From Azolla caroliniana (lineage: Eukaryota; Plantae; Polypodiophyta): DNA of 64,000 bases. Location: the NCBI GenBank assembly GCA_043228905.1, contig JBHGNT010000007.1, positions 12,090,001 to 12,154,000 on the forward strand. The letters are read 5' to 3'. The notes beneath the pieces were generated by a model. That model had not been told where the DNA came from. It made no database searches and worked only from the letters and a program-made list of their open reading frames with translations. The translations under genes and the position numbers were made by a program. Of this stretch, positions 23,497 to 37,819 are shown piece after piece. How positions within the stretch are numbered: position 1 is the stretch's first letter; each line of letters starts with the position of its first letter.

Positions 23497-26400
23497 TGTT
23501 AGGGTAGTTGTGGTTCGTGCGACGAAGTCGCAGGGACGAAGGTTAAGGGGAGTTGAAAGAACTTAAATTTTAATAAGGCTTGTATGGTGATGTTAGAAAG
23601 GTTAAGAGTAGCAAGAAGAAGAGTTACAAGTAATGTGTGTGTGAGAGAGAGACAAGAATAGATAGAAGATAGAGACAAAGTATGAATCAAGAAGCAAGAG
23701 TATTTGATATAAACATGATGTATATTAAAAAGACAATATTTTACCAACTTTACAATCCTTGATCGCAAACTGAACACATTCTCTACCGACCCTTGATTTG
23801 AACCCACGACCTCAACATCGAAACGAGAGGTTCTCCACCCAATGAGCTAGTCTTCTTTACTTGATTGTATTATTTTCTCACTCTCCCTTGATTGATTTCT
23901 TGTTTTCCTTGCCCCTCTTTATATAAGTGTTGCCATGCATATGGTAATGTATGGGAGCATGGCATGCATGCAATGCATGAGTTACATGTAATGCATGATC
24001 GCCATTTAGCGCACATGTATTGCACGTGATGCATGGTAGCCATCATGCTCACTTGAGCTCCCATGTATGAAAATAGATATGGGATAAGTATAATGATGAA
24101 AATGCAGTTTAAAATAACTAACCTAGCTTAGTGGTGTATACTTTTTGTTTGGCATACAAGGTTGAGAGTTCAAGTCTCTCAAATCTACTTAATACAATAT
24201 ATGGCTTCATTCTTATGTCATGAAGCACATTTATTGCACACTTTTACAAATAAATAGCCTAGCCTTGTGGTATGTACATTGTACTTCGTATATAAGGATG
24301 TGGGTTCAAGTCAGATCTCAAATATTATTAAATACAACATTTAAGATCATTTTTATATTGTGAAGCACATTCTTCACGATACCCACCCCCTCTAAACTTG
24401 CACATTGGTTGTGCAGAGTTCATCCAACACTTCTTCCGATTCTTTTAGTTCTTCTACTTCTTCATAAAATTCGGGCTCTAATGACTCCCTCCTTTTAAAT
24501 ATTTTAATCCTTTTTCCTACCATTGGGATACAAATTTCTGTCCCATCTAATTCATTGAGGAAATATGTGGCTTTATCTATTATTTTCCTAACTTCATAAG
24601 GTCCAAACCATCTTTTTGCAAACTTCCGAATAGTACTGTATTGATTATCTAGGCTACTATCATATACTAATACCCAATCTCCCTCTTGCACCTTTCTTGG
24701 TCGTATTCTTTTCATCTTGTCAAATCTGTCCTTATTCTTTATTCTTGCCTCTTTCAATCTAGTAGCTACTTTTTCTATGTCTTCTGTCCTTGATTGAAGT
24801 TGTCGTATTCGAACTGCAAGTAAATCTTCCCTACTCATTTCCGATTCCCAAGGCAACATAGCCCATGTAGTTATCTTTTGTTCAATTGGCATTATTGGCT
24901 TCTGTCCTGTGATTAATTCTGCAGGCTTATATCCAGTAACAGTGTTGTGAGTTGTCCTATCAACCCATATTGGCTAATCACTAACCCGTCCTCTACATGC
25001 CTTTGCCAAAGCTTTGACTATTGGCCCATGTCCCCTTTCTACCTTTCCATTAGCTTCTGGATTGTACACCGTTGTCAAAGAAAGCCGAATTCCTATTTTG
25101 TCGAAAAAATCTTGAGCTTCCGCAGAATTGAGTTCTCCCCTATCTGCCACTATCTTCCCGATACATCCATATCTACAAACAATGTCCTCCAAGATGAATT
25201 GACATACTCCTAATGTCCCTTTTGTTCACAATGAACGACCGACCTTCCACTTGATTTGTTAGATCTTCTCTAGCAAGAACCAAGTATCTCTTTTGTCCTA
25301 CTCCAAGTGGCATTGTTACCAAATCTATCATCCACTTGTAATGCACCCTCGGTGAGTATGTTGGGTGTAATTCATCACAAAACTTTACATTTGAATAATA
25401 TTGACAAGTGGGACAAGTTTCTACATACTTTTTTATTTGCTCATAGTATCGAGGCCACCAAAATTGATCTTTAATCTTACTAAAAGTGGCCCACACTCCT
25501 CGATGACCAGCCCATTCTTTGTCATGCAGCTCTTTGATTATCTCTTTTCTTTGCCCTTCAGAACCTATTACTCTTTGTGGGCTTCCAGTCTTGGTTTTCG
25601 GATGTCGCCATAGATATCCTTCATGCAGGAAGAACTTATGGGCTTTTTTGCGAAACTGTGCGAACTCTTTTCCAGATCGACCTTTGTACTTGTCAGGGGT
25701 TTGTAGGTATTTCCCTATTTCCTTGCATTCTTCTTCATACTCCTCTTCTAGAAACTGCATTCCTCCTTCCTGGGTAATGCTTGTGGTAAGGACTGTTTGT
25801 TCTTTGTCCTCATCATCCGAGTCTGGAATCTCCTCTTCCTCATACCTTGCTCTTGATAACATATTTGCTACAGCATTTCAATTCCCAGAGATATGTCGAA
25901 CTTCAGGGTTGACTAATCTAATATAGATACACCATCTTAAGATGGCTTGATCTAGAATATCACAATTAGCTATGATACCAAGAATAGGCAAACAATCTGT
26001 TTCTATTATTACTTCAGCACCAATTAAGTAATCTTTGTCTGTCTTTACTGCTATTACTATCCCCCATAGCTCTCTTTTCACCTGTGCATATTTTCTTTGT
26101 CGACCACTAAGAACCTTTGCCCCGAATCGGACTGGATACCTTTCTTCCCTATCTTGTTGGCTTATCACCCATCCAATTCGAATGGGACTAGAGTCTACTG
26201 TGAGATATATGGGCCGGGTGTAGTCTGGTTGCTTTAATGGTGGAGCTTGTGCCAAGTAGTACTTCAATTTCTTCATTGCCTCTGAATGCTCTTCACTCCA
26301 TTCAAATGTCTCTCCTTTTCTTAGGAGTCTATATAAAGGTTCAGATAAATGAGCATAATGTGGAATCCATTTACAGTAAAAAACACATACCCCTAGAAAC

Positions 26401-29400
26401 CTTCGTACTTCTAAGACGTATGTACATTCCTCTTCCATATTTTGAATTGCATTGACCTTGGTTGGGGATGGCTTTCTCCCATACGAGCCACACATATGAC
26501 CAACTATTAATATCTCTTTTGCCCCAAATATTGACTTCGCCCCTGATAAGGTCAAATGCACTTCTTCCATCCTTGATAACACCTTCTCACAATCCTTGAT
26601 ATGATCAGCAACGAATTGACGGCAACCACTTTCGTCCAATTCCTCGTTCTTCTCTTTCTCCTTGCATCCCTTAATTGGAACATCATCTAAAAAAGGCATT
26701 GTAATATGAGGAATAAAATCACGAAGTACCTTGTTCATTCCATTCATCATATGCGCCACTGAGTTGGTCGCTCCTTGCGGCAAGGTGCACATCCGTACTA
26801 ACCCTATAGGTGTCTTGATAGAAGTTATATCTCGACTCTTGATAGCAAGTTGAAATTGATCATACTTGGAATAAAGGTCTCCCATTGAATATATAGCTCT
26901 TCCTGCAAACATCTCAGCAAACTCATCCACAATTGGCCCTACTCCTGAGTTTCGGATTGTTACCTTATTCACGGGTTGCATATCTTGGATAAATCGGAGT
27001 CGCCCATCTTTCTTTAACACAGTGAACCATTGACTCGAGTAAGGAGCGTTCGATGGTTCCAAGATACCAATCCTTATCTTTTCTTTCAGAAGTTCTAATA
27101 ATTGAGGGATTCTAGCCCTAGCATGGGTATTGGCTTAAAGTTCCATGGAATATGAGGAATAGTAAATATAACCATGGGCTCTACAATTTCTGGATCCACA
27201 CACCCTATTTCCTCAGGTTGGAATGCAAACGCCTTTCCATGCGTTTTTAACATCTCCCTGAATTGCTTTTCTTCAGAAGGTAATAGGAAGTCACCCCCTC
27301 CTATTTTCATCCCTTGTATTGTTTCCAGAGTAAACACATGTCCCACCTTTCGTGGATCTCTGATCATTGGCTTTATGGCTACTTCTTTGATAATTTGCCT
27401 TTTCACTATCCCCTGGAAATGGAGCAGCAATAGGATGAACCTTCTTCTCCACTGTCTTGTACTTTATTAGTACATGTGCTTCATGATCCTTTTGAGCAAC
27501 TTCTTCAATGACCTCGTACATCTTGATTGCATGGACAAGAACTTGGATTTCGTTGTCTTCTTCGATTGCTTCCAAATGAGTTATTGTATCTTCAAAACTT
27601 AATTCTTCAAACATATCCTGAATTTCTTCATCATCATCTATTAATCCAGAATACTTAAAGTACTCGAAAGCATTTTGTATTTTATTATTATTTACTTTTA
27701 GTATAAAAGTAGCACCATTAGATGAGATTGTACAAGGAATATCTTTATTTACATTATTATTCATGGGGTTTTCTTTTATGTTCGGGCTATCACAACCCCT
27801 ACCTGTAAAAGCCCTATCTAAAAATCTTGGGAAAACTCTTCATCCATCTCTTGAATTGGATGTTCCCTCAAGCATTCTTTGTTTCTTTCATGGTTGGGCC
27901 TCACGGTTAAGAATTGAACAGTCTTTCTTCCATCTTGACTCTTGATTCTCGCGAAAGCCGAACCATCATCAATAACCTTTGTTTCCATCCTCATTGCGGT
28001 GATGTAGGGCTGACCAAGGATGACGGGGTAGGTTGATTGATCCTGCACAAAGAAATTTTGATTCACCGACACATCACCAATTGTTACCTTCACACTAGGA
28101 CATGCTCCGAATAGATCCTCCGTAGTCTCTGTGGCAGCTCTTATTTTCCACCCATGATTTTTGTCGATCGGCCACCGTCGTCAAGCGTAAAATTTCGATG
28201 ACATCATGTGAATCTCGGATCCATGGTCGATCAAAGCAATACATGGAATTTGCTGCTCCCCAATTTTTGCTGGTGCCTCCGTTGCTGCTAGAGCCTAATG
28301 GTCCCTTGTATAGTGACTCCTATCCCCTTCATGGACGCCAACATCATTCTGGTTTTTTACACTTGCAACATTGATGGTGCCACCATACAAATCTTGGAGT
28401 GTTGCAGCACACCCTCCCGTAATTTCCTCTGTCACCTGTCTCTTCCTTCTAATAATATCTATGATAACTTCATGAAATTCTTTCTTTGCTATATCCAACA
28501 CTTCTCTTAAAGTAAATTCTACCTTACTATTTAATATTCTTGTTTCTAGTACCTTTTTTATATCTGTCGTTGTTTCTATGTCTGAGGCAAGCTTGAAAGA
28601 TGGGCATGTCTTTCCTTTTACTTTATCAGCTTCCTTCGGCTCAGTAGCACCCTTTTCCATCTCCCTTCTCTTCTGTTCTCGTGTCTCATGTCTCTTTGTC
28701 GGATCAACTTCCTCAGCTCTCTTCCGCTTCTCTTCCACTAGCACATCTTGTGCATTCACTTGGGCAAATGCTGATAGCGCGTCTACTGGATCATTCCATC
28801 CAGTGAAGTTTTGTATTTCATCTCCCACTCTTTTTAATTCATCCACTCAAACCTTCCCTTTTCTTGCATAATCCATCACATCTTGCCAAAAGCCAGATCC
28901 ACTATATGAGTCTTCTACGCGCAACCCTAAGGTTGCCACGAATTGTATCACTTGAGTCGTTTCTTTCTCGGCATCTTCCATTAGCTTTTTCATTCCTCCT
29001 CGCCCGAAGTTGAGTTGAAGTGGTTGTCGAGTCTCTGTCGAGTGAATCTTGCCATCTTGATAGTAGATTTTATTATGATTAAGAGCATCCCTATGCTCTT
29101 GACAATCTTTCTTCTAGTGGTCGATACTATCACACCACATACACCTTCGGACTATTCCACCTCCCTGCCTTGATGAAGTCGAGCTTTGTCCCGATTCTAG
29201 CTTCATCACTTTGATCGACAAGTCTTTCATGCCTTTCACCAATTCGTGTAAGAGTGATTCTTCTACTTTCTTTTCTCCCGACTCGTTCCCTGTTTCTTCA
29301 TCATTTCTGTCGGGCAACTCCATAAACCATAACTTTCTTGTGCAGAAATGGGCGCACGCCCTTTTCACCTCCTCCCAATCTTCGGTAAGTCCACTTGGAC

Positions 29401-30911
29401 TATTCTAATCTTCTAAAAGCATTCCCAAGTCCTTCCTGTCTTTAATATTAGTAGCTTGTAGAAACAATATGACTTTATTTGGCACTATTATATTTCTATC
29501 TCTAACATTTAGTTGCTCAAAACTTTCAGAAAACTCTTTTGATACTTCCAAAACACTTAAATGTTTGTTAGACTCTACCCAATCCATGATGGCTCGCCTT
29601 GTCATCCTTGTCATATCATTGAGGTTGTATTCATTTAGCAATGCTCTTTCGAAAGTCGCCCATGTTTGATGTTCCCTCTGTAGCTCCTGGATCCTTTCTT
29701 GTAGCCCAATCGTAGCGACTCGACTAAATCTATTAATTTTTGTAGCTTCGTCGACACCGCGTTTAAACATTTCGTCATTATAAATCTTCAGAAATCTTGT
29801 TAAATTTATACCTTCGAAGATTCCTACTCGTGCGAGAATATTGTCAACGGCTTTGTCGATGTTTGCCATCATCCCTTGTTCCCGCATCACTCATTCCATC
29901 ATCGTACACAAAAGCCTCATTTGCTCCTCCATTTCTCCTTGTCGCCGCTTTCACGTCGGGTTCACCAAATGTGTTGGGGTAGTTGTGGTTCGTGCGGCGA
30001 AGTCGCTGGGACGAAGGTTAAGGGGAGTTGAAAGAACTTAAATTTTAATAAGGCTTGTATGGTGATGTTAGAAAGGTTAAGAGTAGCAAAAAGAAGAGTT
30101 ACGAGTAATGTGTGTGAGAGAGAGAGACGAGAATAGATAGAAGATAGAGACAATATATGATTCAAGAAGCAAGATAGAGACAAAGTATGATTTAAGAAGG
30201 AAGATTGAGACAAAGTATGAATTAAGAAGCAAGAGTATTTGATATAAACATGATGTATATTAAAAAGACAATATTTTACCAACTTTACAACCCTTGATCG
30301 CAAACTCAACACATTCTCTACCGACCCTTGATTTGAACCCACGACCTCCACATCGCGACGAGAGGTTCTCCACCCAATGAGCTAGTCTTCTTTACTTGAT
30401 CGTATTATTTTCTCTCTCCCTTGATTGATTTCTTGTTTTCCTTGCCCCTCTTTATATAAGTGTTGCCATGCATATGGTAATGTATGGGAGCATGGCATAC
30501 ATGCAATGCATGAGTTACATGTAATGCATGATCGCCATTTAGCGCACATGTATTGCACGTGATGCATGGTAGCCATCATGCTCACTTGAGCTCCCATGTA
30601 TGAAAATAGATATGGGATAATTATAATGATGAAAATGCAGTTTAAAATAACTAACCTAGCTTAGTGGTGTATACTTTGTGTTTGGCATACAAGGTTGAGA
30701 GTTCAAGTCTCTCAAATCTACTTAATACAATATATAGCTTCATTCTTATATCATGAAGCACATTTATTACACACTTTTACAAATAAATAGCCTAGCCTTG
30801 TGGTATGTACATTGTACTTTGTATATAAGGATGTGGGTTCACGTCTCTCAAATATTATTAAATACAACATTTTAGCTCATTTTTATATCGTGAAGCACAT
30901 TCTTCACGACA
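23497..30911 (-). mobile_element. Full-length decayed Ty3/Gypsy (non-chromovirus, Phygy/Selgy-like)
   Basis: LTRs 29972-30911 (5') and 23497-24381 (3'). 4-bp TSD CCGG. PBS TGGTGAACCCGACGTGA at 29951-29967 (tRNA-Trp type). PPT 24382-24393. Gag, protease (ILGQPY), RT (LPQG, FLDD), RNase H and integrase broken by stops and frameshifts. Confidence 0.95.
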
Positions 30912-32142
30912 CCGGATGAAGAATGTGTACTGCTAACCGATGAGGGTGAGCTAGAAAGCTTTGAAGAAGCTAGGCAAGATACCCACAACCGAAAGTGGTT
31001 AAGTGTCATGCAAGACGAGATGGATTCCTTCCATGAGAACCACACATACGAACTGACCGAGTTGCCGAAAGGGAAGAAGGCACTACGGAATAAGTGGGTA
31101 TACAAGTTGAAACCGAGAGATGGCAGAAATTGACCTAGATTCAAAGCCTGAATTGTCGTCAAAGGTTTTCAGCAGAAGAAGGATGTCAATTTCGACGAAA
31201 TCTTTTCCCCGGTCATAAAGATGATGTCAATCCAAATATTGTTGAGCATCGTGGCTAGCAGGGATCTCGAAGTCGAACAACTAGACATCAAGATTGCCTT
31301 CCTTCATGGAGATTTGGAGGAAGAGATATATATGCACCACCCAGAAGGATTTGTGGAGAAAGGTAAAGAAAACCTGGTATGCCGACTGAGGAAGTAGGCA
31401 GCTCCGTAATGGTATCGAAAGTTTGAATCTTTCATGGTGGAAAACGGTTTTGGCAAGACACATGCCGATCACTGCATCTTTGTCAAGAAGTATGATGGAA
31501 GAGATTTTCTCATCCTTCTGTTGTACGTGGATGACATGCAGATTGTCGGACAGGACCCGAGGACAATGGGAAGTTTGAAGAAGGCGTTGAGTAGGTCGTT
31601 CTCGATGAAAGGTATGTGTCTGGAAAAATAAATCCTAGGAATGCACATTGTTCAGGATCAAACAAAGAAATTGTTATGGTTGTCAAAAGAAAAGTACTTG
31701 ACAAAGGTGCTCCAGAGATTCAACATGGAAAGCTCGAAACTAGTTGGTTCGACACTACCGACAAACTATAATCTGACCGGAAGCCAAAGTTTGAAATCAA
31801 AAACCAATTAGGCCGAGATGAAAAAAGTCCCTTATGCCTTGGCAGTCGGAAGCTTGATGCACGCAATGGTTTGTATAAGGTTGGACATTGGATACGCAGT
31901 CGGCGTGGTTAGACGATATATGAGCAACCCTGGAAAAGAGCATTGGGTTGCCGTGAAGTGGATACTTTGGTATCTAAAAGGCACCTCAAATGTGTGTCTT
32001 CGATTCGGCTTGTGTAACCCCACACTAGAAGGTTATACTGACTCGGACATGTCAACTTATGTGGATACCAGCCGATCCACGTTCGGGTATGTAATGACTT
32101 ATGCAGGGGGCAGTTGTTTCGTGGCAGTCGAGGCTACAAAAT

Positions 32143-35100
32143 TGTAAAAAGTAACGTGCGGAAGCAAGTATGAAGATCAAACAGAAGGAAGAAAACTCAG
32201 GTATAATGGAGGGCTTGAGCTTACGCAGTATACGCGGGAGAGACAGAGAGAGTGAGAGAGAGAGAAAACACAAGAACTATATTCAAGAACAGTACTCAAT
32301 CTCTATTCACCATTCTATACATATGTGTGTTCAATGAACACTTTGTACAAGTCCTAGAAGGACTGACCGAAGTACTGACAGTACTTCAATCCTCATTAAG
32401 AGCTCCTACACTAACTCCCAAATATATTCCTCACGGAATATCTTTCCTAACGGCCTCCCGGTTTACGCATCGATCCGGCCCTACCTACGCACCGGTCTGT
32501 GTACCGGTTTACGCATTCGGCCTAACTGATCGGTCCCAACCGATCCGGTCCTCGGCTTCTCCAGCCGATCCGGCCGATGTTGAGCTTGTCTCTCAACACT
32601 CCCCCTCAAGCTCAACTTGGGGCTCTTCGGGATCTTCGGGCTCACAACCCTGGTTCCTCCTGGCATTGCACCTCGCTCGCGCTCCACAACCTGTTCAACT
32701 CCGCGCGCTTCAACCCTTCCGGTCGGCTTGTCTGCTCATGTGGCCCTTATCAGCTCTTCTGTTGTTGCGGTGTTGACGCTTCTCCTACTGCCTTTTCTTC
32801 CGCTTGGGCCTTGGTTGATTCAGCGTATCGAAATCAAACATCCGAACCGACTTGGCTACCTCCGATCGGTTTTCGCTCTCGTCCGAGTTGGCTGTCTCCA
32901 ACTTGTCTTCGGTCTTCTCGCCCTTGATGGCGTCATCTTCCCCATGCGTGGTTGGCTTCGGCTCTCTCCTTCGGCTGCTCCCCTTCTGTCCGCTTCCGGA
33001 CTTTTCTGCGGGTCCGCCCTCGGCTTCTTCAGCCGATCCGAAGTCGAACTCGACAACCGAGTCAACCGACTTGTCGTAGTCTCTGCTCCTTTCCTGCTGC
33101 CTTGCTTGGTCGTTCGGGACTGTTCTCCCCCTCAAGTTTGGCACGTCGAGGTGACGCAATCCGAGCGCACCTGAGAATTGCCGCAACTTGTCCAGACCAA
33201 GAGGCTTGGTGAAGATGTCGGCAGTCTGCCGATCCGTCGAAACGTACTGAAGTTCGACTTCACCGGAAAGGACACGCTCACGGACGAAATGGTAGTGCAC
33301 CTCAATGTGCTTGGTCCGTGCGTGGAAAAGGGGTTTTTCGCGAGCTGGATGCTGCTGAGGTTGTCGCAGTAGATCGTCGTTGGATCTGACACCTCCTCTT
33401 CTAGGTCCTTAAGTAACCGCTTCAACCATATGGCTTCGCATGTCGCGAAAGCCGCTCCTCGGTACTCAGCTTCGGTGCTCGACAATGCAATTGTCGGCTG
33501 CTTCTTACTGCTCCACGCGATCGTGGCACTCCCGAGGGAGAACGCGTATCCGGACGTGGATCGGCGATCGGCGGCGTTGCCAGCCCAATCAGCATCGGTG
33601 TAGCCGACTAACTGCGTGGCTGCACCGGTCCGATATAGCAGTCCCCGGTCCTTAGTGCCGTTGACATACCGAAGTATGCGTTGCGCACACAGAAGGTGCT
33701 CCTCGGTAGGTCGCGCCATGAACTGACTGATCACCCCGACCGAATAACTGAGGTCGGGTCGGGTATTGGTCAAGTATATAAGGCTTCTGACAATTTGTCG
33801 GAACCTCGTCGGGTCGCATACCTTTCCCGTATCGGGATGAAGCTTGACGGTTCTATCCAGAGGAGTCGAGATGGACTTACAGTCGGCCATCCCAAATTTG
33901 AAGAGCATACTCAGCACGTAATGACGTTGGCTGATCAATATGCCTTCGGGGGTACGGATCACTTCGATCCCGAGGAAGTAATGAAGGTCCCCCAGATCCT
34001 TCATGTCGAAAGATGCCGCAAGCTGGAGCTTCACGCGGTCGATTTCACCTAGGTCGGCGCCGGTGATGACCAAGTCATCAACATATAGTAGAATACTAAC
34101 CGGTCCGAGTCGACCTTTCCGGATGAACAGGGAAGAGTTTGATTTTGACGTGACGAAGCCCAACCGACGTAGTTGTTGCGTGATCTTCGCGTTCCAAGCA
34201 CGCGGGGCTTGCTTCAGTCCGTAAAGGAACTTCTTCAGTCGGCATATTGCCGAGGAGTTCGTTCAAGAGTGAAATCCGGGGGGTTGTACCATGTACACCT
34301 GTTCCTCAAGGTCACCTTGCAGGAACGCATTCTTTACATCCATCTAATGTAGGTGCCACCCCTTGGCCGCGGCTACTGCGAGCAAAACACGGACGGTCGT
34401 CATTTTCGCGACCGGCGCAAACGTCTCATCGTAGTCGATGCCGTGTTTCTCCGCGTAGCCCTTTGCCACTAGCCGAGCCTTGTACCGGTTCACTGAGCCA
34501 TCGGTGTTGTACTTGACTTTGTACACCCATCTACACCCGATCGGCTTCACACCCTTTGGTGCGTCAACCAGGTCCCAGGTCTCGTTCTCCGCCAATGCGT
34601 GCATCTCTTACTCCATCGCGGCGCGCCAATTCGCGTCCTTCGCCGCTTCTACATAGCTCTCCGGCTCACGCACTTCCGCTACACGGGTCATGTACGCATA
34701 ATGATGTGCCATGTACTCGTATCCGAACCGCACAACTGGGTTCTTCTGGCGGGTAGATCAGCGTAATCTCACATTAGCCGATGTCGAGGCCTTCTCGGTC
34801 GACGCAGTCTTCATCTTTAAAGACCTATCACCAGTTCCCTCGGAGTCGGACTCGCGTCGGTCTGACTCGTTCCTTTCCATGCTGGAATCTGACACCTTCT
34901 TCTTCCCTTTCTCTTTGCGCGTAAGCTGTCTCCTCGGCTTCCTGCGCGGGGAATGCACGACCGAGTCTCCACTACTCGCCGACTCTTCATCGGACTGGTC
35001 GTACCGACTTAGTCGTTCAATCGGTCCACTTAAGCGGAGTGAAATCGGACTCATTCGGAGGCATCTCCGCCTCGCTGACCTCATCGTCAGAACTCGGATT

Positions 35101-37819
35101 GGAGTCGAGGTTCGTACTCGGGGCAGGTACCAGGACGCGGACTCTCAAACACCACGTCGCGGCTGACACGCGCTTGTTTGGTGCGAGGGTTATAGCACTT
35201 ATAACCCTTCTGCTCGTCCGAGTAACCGACCAAGATGCATTTCTCGGCCTTTGCATCCAGCTTCCTCCTTTTCTCCTTCGGTATATGCACATACGCAATG
35301 CTACTGAACACCCTCAAGTGTCGCAAGTTCGGCTTCGTTCCGAAATATAGCTCGTGCGCCGACACTTTGTCTCCGATCCAGTTTTGGATGTATACCGCGG
35401 TCCTTACCACCTCGGCCCAGTAGAACTTGGGCAAGCTCTTCTCCTCCAGCATTGCCCGTGCCGCTTCCACAACTGACCGATTCTTCCTCTCAGCCACGCC
35501 GTTCTGCTCCGGCGTGTATCTACAACTGAATTCGCGGCGAATTCCCATTTGCTGTAGGTAACCGTTGAATTGACCAGAAAAGTACTCTTTCCCGCCATCC
35601 GACCGCAGGCACTTGATCTTTCGTCCCGTTTCGGTTTCCACGAACCCTTTGAGGTCCCGGAAACAGTCGAAGACTTCGCTCTTCCTCTCAATGAGGTAGA
35701 TCCACGTGTGCCGTGTGTGGTCGTGGATGAAGGAGACGAAATATCCCACACATCGGAGTGTATAAGGTCGAGTTTGTTCCGGCTCCGGTTTCGCTCGTTG
35801 GGGAAGGGAAGTCGGTGTTGCTTCCCGAGCTAGCAAGCTTCACAAATTTGTGCCTTTCGGCCACTAAATTTGGGCAATCCGAACACTACCTGTTTCGATT
35901 GCAGATCTTGAGGCCGTTGGTGGTTGACGTGGCCTATCCGCTTGTGCCACAAGTCGATGTCTGACTCGTTCTTTTGTCCCTTCGCGAACATTGCGGTGCC
36001 GCCGTCAGTGGAGTCGAGGATGAACATCCTCCCGTCTTTGCGCCCTTGCGCAATCACACAGCCTTCTTCCTCAATGAAGCACCCGAGGTGTGTAAACCGA
36101 ACCTCCATCCCTTGGTCAACGATCTGTCTGACCGAGACCAAGTTTTTCGTGATTGTCGGAACGTGCAGCACGTTCATGAGTTTCCCTTTCTGCCCGACAT
36201 GGCTAAGGGGAACTTCTCCGACATTCGCGATCGGATGCGGAGTGTCATCTCCTGTTGCGACTACTCCAGGTTGTATCGGTTTTTCAAGGTACGAGAACCA
36301 CTCCTTATGGCTCGTCATGTGGTTTGACACGCCGGAGTCTACGTACCACACCTCGTCCGATCTTGGGGTGTTCTGTTTCATTGAGTTTGTTTTGTGTCTC
36401 GTCACGAAGGCAGTTCCTTCTCCGGCTCTCCCGGAGTCTTCGGTGTAGTGCGATCGCTGCCGATTTCCCTTGTCGGTATGTCTGGAGCCGTTCCCCGAAC
36501 CAGTTCTTTCCGAATCGGCGCGCTTCTTCCAGCACTCACTTTCCCTGTGGCCTTTCTTGCCACAGTACCAGCACTCGGCGAAGGCCTTCCCTTGCCGGTT
36601 CTCATTGCTTTAACTCCCCCTGTTTCCGGAGGGTTCGGTGTTGCTGTAGGCATCACTTCGGTGCCATCTTCCTTGATCTCGTCAGCTGCTTCCATTGCAT
36701 ACCGACTCGCCTTGTCCGCCACGACCACGGGGCCTTTCTCCCTCCGTGTACAACATCTTGTTGTCGGTGTGCGTGCTCGTCGATGCACTCGCGTGGTTCT
36801 CCTCTACCAGGAGCATCGACTGTAAGTCAAAAAAGGACGGTGTATTCTCCCGGGTACACACAGCCGTTCGGAATGCTCCGAACTTCGACGCCAAACCTCT
36901 GAGACAGATCTGGACCATCTCGCTCTCCTCGATGTTCACCTCTATGGAGGCGAGGGAGTCGCAGATATCCTTGATCTTCGAGGTATAGTCCGCCACCGAC
37001 AAGTCGCGTTGTCGTAGGTTGCTCAACTTCTGTCGGAGCTGAAGCTTCCTGGCTGTGGTGCTCGCGGCGAAGATCTTCTTCAGATTTTCCCACGCACCCT
37101 TCGGCGTCTTTGCATCCCGAACATAGCTCAATAGTTGTTCGCCCACACACGACGCAAAGCAGTACAATACCCTACTCGTCGATTGCTCCCACGACGGGAA
37201 GTCTCTGTGTGTCGATTCGGGTGCCGCGTCATTAGCTCCTTCGACATAACTCTAGTGGCCGTGCCCGAGCAGGTACTGGTGCATCTTGTAGGACCAAGAC
37301 GCATAGTTGGTTCTGTCGAGCTTCTCTGTTGGAAGCGAGCTCGCCATGCCTCTATCCATCGTTCTTCTTGTTCTTCTTCGTCAAGTTGTGTCGGCTGCAG
37401 AGAGGTTCTCAACCCTCGCGCTCTGATACCATGTAAAAAGCAACGTGCGGAAGCAAGTATGAAGACCGAACAGAAGGAAGGAAACTCAGGTTTAATGGAG
37501 AGCTTGAGCTTACGCAGTATACTCGGGAGAGATAGAGAGAGAAACTCAAAAAACTATATTCAACAATAATACTCAGTCTGTGTACATAAGACGTGCTCAA
37601 TGAGCACTTTTATACAAGTCCTAGAAGGACTGACCGAAGTACTGACAGTACTTCAATGCTCATCAAGAGCTCCTACACTAACTCCCAAATATATTCCTCA
37701 CGGAATATCTTTCCTAACGACCTCCCGGTGTACGCACTCGACCTAACCGATCGGTCCCAACCGACCCGGTCCTCGGCTTCTTTAGCCGAACCGGCCGATG
37801 TTGAGCTTGTCTCTCAACA
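32143..37819 (-). mobile_element. Full-length decayed Ty1/Copia (family 2, possibly Bryco-like)
   Basis: LTRs 37432-37819 and 32143-32598. PBS TGGTATCAGAGC 37420-37431. PPT 32599-32608. Gag, protease (WYVDSG), integrase, RT (LLYVDD), RNase H. Confidence 0.95.

Noticed and set aside
23791-24312. Functional tRNA genes
   Set aside because: A/B boxes are present but acceptor and anticodon stems do not form. Reported as tRNA-like modules only.
32252-37569. Many overlapping antisense ORFs over Copia copies
   Set aside because: Expected shadow ORFs of GC-rich coding DNA, with no domains and not consistently open across copies.
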